A DNA stretch of 12,227 bases from NCBI GenBank assembly GCA_046757525.1, contig JBHHYI010000124.1, forward strand, positions 1-12,227, written 5' to 3'. The notes beneath the pieces were generated by a model. That model searched no databases. It saw only the letters and a program-made list of their open reading frames with translations, and was not told the DNA's origin. This DNA is from a bacterium (GTDB lineage: Bacteria; Zhuqueibacterota; Zhuqueibacteria; Oceanimicrobiales; Oceanimicrobiaceae). Positions within the stretch are counted from its first letter, which is position 1; each line of letters starts with the position of its first letter. The translations under genes and the position numbers were made by a program. Positions 8,459 to 12,227 of the stretch are shown here, piece by piece.

Positions 8459-8590
8459 GCCGAACGTTTTTCTTATAGCCGATTGTGGGGCACTCGCGTG
8501 AAATCAGAGTTGAGACATCTTTCGAAGTTTTTCTAAAATATAAGATTAAGTGCTCCAAAGACCCGCGACGGCTGAAAAATTTCGTTAGCT
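8459..8590 (+). mobile_element. attC-like integron cassette recombination site (imperfect)
   Basis: R''-like GCCGAAC (8459-8465) and R'-like GTTAGCT (8584-8590). The inner arms TTCTTATAGCCG / CGGCTGAAAA and TGGGGCAC / GTGCTCCA pair imperfectly. It is 132 bp long and starts 36 nt after the stop of an AT-rich gene. Confidence 0.5.
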
Positions 8591-8716
8591 GTGTAATCCG
8601 TGGTGCTCAAAACAAAGTCGGGACACTATTTTGTTACGCCGGACAACGGCACCCTCACTTTCGTGGCGCAAACGTTAGGAATTGCCGCGGTGCGGGAGAT
8701 CGACGAGTAACCCCCC

Positions 8717-8749
8717 AACCTTGCGAAGGTTTTGAACCTTCGCAAGGTT
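8717..8749. repeat. Nested perfect inverted repeat
   Basis: AACCTTGCGAAGGTT-TTG-AACCTTCGCAAGGTT: perfect 15-bp arms, and each arm is itself a hairpin (AACCTT-N3-AAGGTT). Confidence 0.85.
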
Positions 8750-8806
8750 CGTTCGCTGCATTTGTAACTGCGGCAGTTCCCAATAGATTAGGGATTCCTG
8801 AGAAAC

Positions 8807-8838
8807 GATTTGAAATCCTCCGAAAGATTTCGTACTAT
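8807..8838 (+). promoter_or_regulatory. Putative sigma70 promoter with overlapping inverted repeat upstream of the TA operon
   Basis: TTGAAA (8810-8815), 17 nt, TACTAT (8833-8838). GAAATC(8812-8817)/GATTTC(8826-8831) form an inverted repeat across the -35 and spacer. Confidence 0.5.
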
Positions 8839-8961
8839 TACGGGTGTGTGTCCTCGTTCTGACCCTGGATCGTGAGCGAGTCCACAACGATCGTAAACCT
8901 GATGCAAGGCAACGAAAGATTTTGCTTACATAATCCAAGTCAAAATAAGGGGCGGTTAGCT

Positions 8962-9201
8962 ATGGAAACGACAATAAGAGACCAAATCATGTTCAAGCTC
9001 GAAGGGCTGCCGAGAAATAGGCTTCTCCAAGTCCTCGATTTCATTGAGTTCCTCACACTGAAAACCAAATCAAAGCACACAAAAACGAAGGAAGCCACTG
9101 ATAACGAGATTCTAAGCGCGATCGAAAACAGTGGCTCCTTGGAGTTCTATTACGATGATTCGCAGGATGTTTATACTATGGAAGACGGGGAGCCGGTGTG
9201 A
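8962..9201 (+). CDS. DUF2281-like putative antitoxin (79 aa)
   Basis: ATG at 8962 follows AAGGGGCGG. Sequence METTIRDQIMFKLEGLPRNRLLQVLDFIEFL (LP...VLDFIEFL signature) with an acidic tail (FYYDDSQDVYTMEDGEPV). Its stop overlaps the toxin start (GTGA). Confidence 0.75.
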   Translation: METTIRDQIMFKLEGLPRNRLLQVLDFIEFLTLKTKSKHTKTKEATDNEILSAIENSGSLEFYYDDSQDVYTMEDGEPV

Positions 9202-9485
9202 ATCGTGGTGACATTGTTCTAATCTCGGTGCCATTCTCAGATCTGACTTCGCAAAAAGTACGGCCAGCACTGGTTGTTTCACCTGTCGATCCATCTGAGA
9301 ATGATATTATTGTTGCACTCATTACTACGAACATTTCTGAAGAAGTTACCGACAAACTGTTGAATAGGGCCGAGTTAGCCGTCAAGACTGGTCCCGAAGT
9401 TGGGATTCTAAGATTCGCTGCATGTGGTTGGTGGGTTCGTGCGCTGGGTTGCTGTTGCAAATTCTCGAAGCATATTTTTACTTAG
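9198..9485 (+). CDS. PemK/MazF-family toxin, C-terminal half divergent (possibly pseudogene)
   Basis: MNRGDIVLISVPFSDLTSQKVRPALVVS...IIVALITT is a typical PemK/MazF N-terminus. After about residue 55 the sequence (FAACGWWVRALGCCCKF) no longer resembles the family. Confidence 0.75.
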   Translation: MNRGDIVLISVPFSDLTSQKVRPALVVSPVDPSENDIIVALITTNISEEVTDKLLNRAELAVKTGPEVGILRFAACGWWVRALGCCCKFSKHIFT

Positions 9486-9643
9486 AAAGTCAGGTGCTAA
9501 TAAATCCACCTCCGCTCAAACGTGTCGCTTGAGCGAAAGTACCTGCTGCTCATTTACGTGAAATACCAAAATCACTCCTTTTAAGAGATTCCTTCTACGC
9601 CGCTCAGTCACTACGCCTATCTGCAAAAGTTTCAGCTTATTTT

Positions 9644-9674
9644 CCGTTACTTTTCACGAGTCCAGACGTTTGCA
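9644..9674 (+). promoter_or_regulatory. Putative ECF sigma promoter, copy 1 (autoregulatory)
   Basis: CCGTTACTTTTCACGAGTCCAGACGTTTGCA: -35 GTTAC, 16 nt, -10 CGTT; 24/31 identical without gaps to 11167-11197. Confidence 0.75.
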
Positions 9675-9681
9675 TTGTTAA

Positions 9682-10254
9682 ATGCCCATGAAAGCAAAAA
9701 CCGATAAACAATTGATGCTTGAATATGCTTCAGGGAATCCCAAAGCGTTCGAGGAGCTGTTTCGCCGTTACGGAAAAAAGCTCTACAATCTGTTTTTACG
9801 TTCTCTAAACAAGACGCAACTGGCGCAAGACCTTTTACAAGAGTGCTTTCTGCGTGTCATTGAATCCAAAGACCGCTACCGACCGACCAAAGATTTTTCC
9901 AACTGGATCTTCACGATTGCCATGAACCTTATTCGGGACAAATATCGCGAGCAAACACGACGAAAAATGGGCCCCATTTCTGAGAGCTTGGAGCTACACG
10001 GAGTAGAGCCTGAGTTGGACAATCAACAGCCTGACAGAAATCTTGAAAAACTGCAACTTAAAGAGGCGGTCGTTGCAGCGATGGGTACGTTAGCAAAAGA
10101 TCAGCAGGAGGTAATCATTTTGAGTAAATATCAGGGCTTTTCTTTTTTAGAAATCGCTGAGATTTTAAATATATCTCCCGCCGCTGCCAAGCAAAAAGCT
10201 TATCGGGCGATGCAACATTTGACAAAGAAATTGGCTTATTTGAACGAGGATTAA
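9682..10254 (+). CDS. ECF RNA polymerase sigma factor (sigma-70 family group 4)
   Basis: Region 2 (AFEELFRRY, AQDLLQECFLRV, FSNWIFTIAMNLIRD) and region 4 (QQEVIILSKYQGFSFLEIAEILNIS..AAKQKAYRA). The start is 9682 or 9688. Confidence 0.95.
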   Translation: MPMKAKTDKQLMLEYASGNPKAFEELFRRYGKKLYNLFLRSLNKTQLAQDLLQECFLRVIESKDRYRPTKDFSNWIFTIAMNLIRDKYREQTRRKMGPISESLELHGVEPELDNQQPDRNLEKLQLKEAVVAAMGTLAKDQQEVIILSKYQGFSFLEIAEILNISPAAAKQKAYRAMQHLTKKLAYLNED

Positions 10255-10258
10255 TGTC

Positions 10259-11134
10259 ATGAAATGTCAAAACGTACAAAAGCTCTTTATGAGCTACCTG
10301 GCGGGTGAAGCTTCGCAACAAGAGAAGCGGGCCTTTGAGGCACACATAGCTGATTGTTCCTCTTGTTCAAGTGAGCTGCAGGAGCTTCGTGTTGTCTGGA
10401 GTTCATTGGACGCCTGGGAAGACCAATCGGTACCCAATGACCTCGTGGAAAAGATCTTAGGCAGGGCGCGAGAAGCGGTTGTTGCGGTTCAGGAGAAGGT
10501 CTGGGCCAATAGTTGGGCTTCCTTTAAAAGGCTTCTAAAACCAATGGCTCCGATTGCGATGGGACTGGTGGCGGCTGTCCTGTCGGCTGGAATCCTTTCT
10601 TCAAAAATGAACCTGTCTACGATTCATCCGCTGGGATTAACCGCCGCGGGGGCATTGTGGACTGGCATCTACGCAATCATATTTTACATTCTTTTCTTCG
10701 CGGGCAAAAGCGAATCCAAGTCATGGCGTGGTTTTGCTCAGGCCAGCATTACTGCGGTGGGCATTTTTCTGGTTTTTACTCTCATCAGCCCGGTCCCCAG
10801 TTCGATCCATTTCTGTCGCTATTATGCTGTCACGCAGCCGGTAATCGAGAGGCTTTCCATTGGCGGCAGCTTCTTTTTGTTTGGCGTGCTGTACGCATTA
10901 TTACCGATGAGCATTGCTGCTTATTTTTCCGGAAGCAGGTCCGGCAATCATCCCTTAGCTAAAGGCTCTTTGGCCGGCGTCATGTTTGTGGCGCTTTTGG
11001 CCCCGAGTATTTATCTTCAGTGTGCGCCCTTCGCGCTTGGGGTTTTATTGGTCTGGTTCGGTGGTGCCCTGTTGGGTTCGGTGCTGGGAGGTGTCATAGG
11101 GTATTGGGTGCGCTATCGGTTTGCTCGTGGTTAG
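10259..11134 (+). CDS. Anti-sigma factor: N-terminal zinc-binding ZAS/zf-HC2 domain plus about six transmembrane helices
   Basis: MKC...HIADCSSC (C-x(n)-HxxxCxxC), starting 4 nt after the sigma stop; six hydrophobic segments in the C-terminal 200 aa. Confidence 0.9.
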   Translation: MKCQNVQKLFMSYLAGEASQQEKRAFEAHIADCSSCSSELQELRVVWSSLDAWEDQSVPNDLVEKILGRAREAVVAVQEKVWANSWASFKRLLKPMAPIAMGLVAAVLSAGILSSKMNLSTIHPLGLTAAGALWTGIYAIIFYILFFAGKSESKSWRGFAQASITAVGIFLVFTLISPVPSSIHFCRYYAVTQPVIERLSIGGSFFLFGVLYALLPMSIAAYFSGSRSGNHPLAKGSLAGVMFVALLAPSIYLQCAPFALGVLLVWFGGALLGSVLGGVIGYWVRYRFARG

Positions 11135-11166
11135 TCTTCGAAAATTGATTTGAATAGATTTCGTAG

Positions 11167-11197
11167 CCGTTACTTTTTGAGAGTGCATTCGTTAGCA
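11167..11197 (+). promoter_or_regulatory. Putative ECF sigma promoter, copy 2
   Basis: CCGTTACTTTTTGAGAGTGCATTCGTTAGCA, ending 30 nt before the ATG at 11228; same spacing as copy 1. Confidence 0.75.
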
Positions 11198-11227
11198 AAG
11201 CAGAAACAAAAGCAAACGGAGGTAACA

Positions 11228-12040
11228 ATGAAGAAGATTTTCCTGGTAGTTTATGCTTTGCTCATCGCATCTTCTCTTGGTTTGACTGGCCCTGCTTCAG
11301 CGCACGAACCTCTGTTCGGGCTTGGACCACACACGGTAGGTCAATATGCCTGGGCATTAGAGTCCGAACTAGAGCGTGGCCACGAAGGCTGGGCGAATCA
11401 CTACGAATTGGCTTATGGAATCACTCCCGATATTGTCCTGACCACAGCTCTACCGTATGTGTTCGCTGACAACGAGAGAAAGGCTGGCTTCGGTGACCTG
11501 GTCGTTCGTGGTAAATATCGTTTCTTGCGCCTGGACGTTCTGAATGCCAGTACCGCATTTGCGTTGCACTGGGGCCTCAAGTTTCCCACCGGCAGCCGCT
11601 CTGAGCACCGCGGTAGCGGCACCACCGATTATTTCCTGGGATTGTCTTTTGGTCACGAGGGCCGCAAGAACTATGCATTCGCTGATGTGCGCTATCAGGT
11701 CAATGGCTCTGTGGAAAATGTGAAGCAAGGGAACGCCATCAACATCGACGCGGCTTATGGCATAAGACCCTGGCAATTGGAATATTTGCAGCCCGACCTG
11801 GTGCTTTTGGTTGAAATGCTTGGCGAAGCTACCAGCAAAAATTCTATCCGCGGAATTGATGACGCTAATTCAGGTGGTTACACACTTAGCATTGCACCGG
11901 GATTCTTGTTCAGCTATCGCAACATGATGTTCAAGGGTGGCGTGAAGTTCGCCGTGCTTGATAAGCTTAACGGCGTGCAGGAGAGACTTGACACAGAATT
12001 TCTATTCTCGGTCGAATTTCATATGCCACCATTCAAATAA
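11228..12040 (+). CDS. Outer-membrane beta-barrel protein (resembles the putative 'MetA-pathway phenol degradation'/transporter family)
   Basis: RBS GGAGGT (11218-11223) supports the ATG at 11228 over the TTG at 11150. Signal peptide ending ASA-H; amphipathic strands with GFGDLVVRGKYRF, GLKFPTG, GSGTTDY, LSIAPG; C-terminal strand FLFSVEFH. Confidence 0.75.
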   Translation: MKKIFLVVYALLIASSLGLTGPASAHEPLFGLGPHTVGQYAWALESELERGHEGWANHYELAYGITPDIVLTTALPYVFADNERKAGFGDLVVRGKYRFLRLDVLNASTAFALHWGLKFPTGSRSEHRGSGTTDYFLGLSFGHEGRKNYAFADVRYQVNGSVENVKQGNAINIDAAYGIRPWQLEYLQPDLVLLVEMLGEATSKNSIRGIDDANSGGYTLSIAPGFLFSYRNMMFKGGVKFAVLDKLNGVQERLDTEFLFSVEFHMPPFK

Positions 12041-12078
12041 AGAATCCTTAACGTTAATAATTTCAATGGAGGTTTAAG

Positions 12079-12227
12079 ATGACAAACATCAGAGCAATCA
12101 TTACGGGGACTTTATCTCTTCTTTTGGGGTTGATTTTGGTCGCAACGTCGGTATTCGCCGGTCAGCAGCAGAAAGTGACTCTAAGAGTGGATGGACTTTC
12201 CTGCCCCTTCTGCGCCTATGGCATGGA
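12079..12227 (+). CDS. Exported heavy-metal-associated (HMA) domain protein, MerP/CopZ-like; 3'-partial
   Basis: Absent from the ORF track. RBS GGAGGT then MTNIRAIITGTLSLLLGLILVATSVFA-GQQQKVTLRVDGLSCPFCAYGM...: a signal peptide plus the HMA G-L-S-C-x-x-C motif. Runs off the window end. Confidence 0.88.
   Translation, partial: MTNIRAIITGTLSLLLGLILVATSVFAGQQQKVTLRVDGLSCPFCAYGM

Noticed and set aside
8485..8938. ORFs 8485..8862(+) and 8675..8938(-)
   Set aside because: They run through the attC-like site, a palindrome and a predicted promoter, and show no protein features.
7342..9380. Several GTTAG(C/G) words (7342, 8584, 8674, 8955, 9374) suggesting a multi-cassette integron array
   Set aside because: Only the 8584 copy has a complementary left arm; the 5-mer also occurs elsewhere in the window and no integrase is present.
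9375..9510. SAM-I riboswitch-like fragments (GACTGGTCCCG, AGGTGCTAAT)
   Set aside because: The P1 ATC/GAT pairing and the GCAACC motif are missing, the spacing is wrong, and no methionine-related gene follows.
11150..11227. Upstream extensions proposed by the ORF track (11150, also 6027 and 8872)
   Set aside because: The downstream ATGs (11228, 6084, 8962) have better RBSs or stop-start coupling, and the 11150 extension would overlap the promoter motif.
1..12227. CRISPR array, tRNA (including tRNA-Sec) or rRNA
   Set aside because: I saw no regularly spaced direct repeats and no cloverleaf or rRNA-like sequence by eye.

Overview
A 12.2-kb bacterial window with every credible gene on the + strand. 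The gene style (Hanks kinase-TPR fusion, many palindromic intergenic repeats) suggests an FCB/KSB1-like environmental lineage, but that is only an inference. In order: (1) a 5'-truncated gene that the ORF track splits in two but that reads as one selenoprotein, with an in-frame TGA at 918-920 in the deiodinase motif FGSYT-U-PPF, a SECIS-like hairpin just downstream, and an N-terminal fusion to an unrelated beta-rich domain; (2) a Ser/Thr kinase-TPR protein; (3) a secreted 2',3'-cyclic phosphodiesterase/5'-nucleotidase coupled to a DUF711-family protein with a lipoprotein signal; (4) a repeat-dense spacer, then an AT-rich alpha/beta hydrolase followed by an attC-like site; (5) a DUF2281-like/PemK-MazF toxin-antitoxin pair whose toxin looks degenerate at the C-terminus; (6) an ECF sigma factor, a ZAS plus six-TM anti-sigma factor, an outer-membrane barrel protein and a 3'-truncated exported HMA (CxxC) protein. 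A 31-bp ECF-type promoter motif occurs both before the sigma gene and before the barrel gene. The selenoprotein fusion and the putative metal-responsive ECF module are the most interesting items. All family assignments come from motif recognition only; no searches were run.
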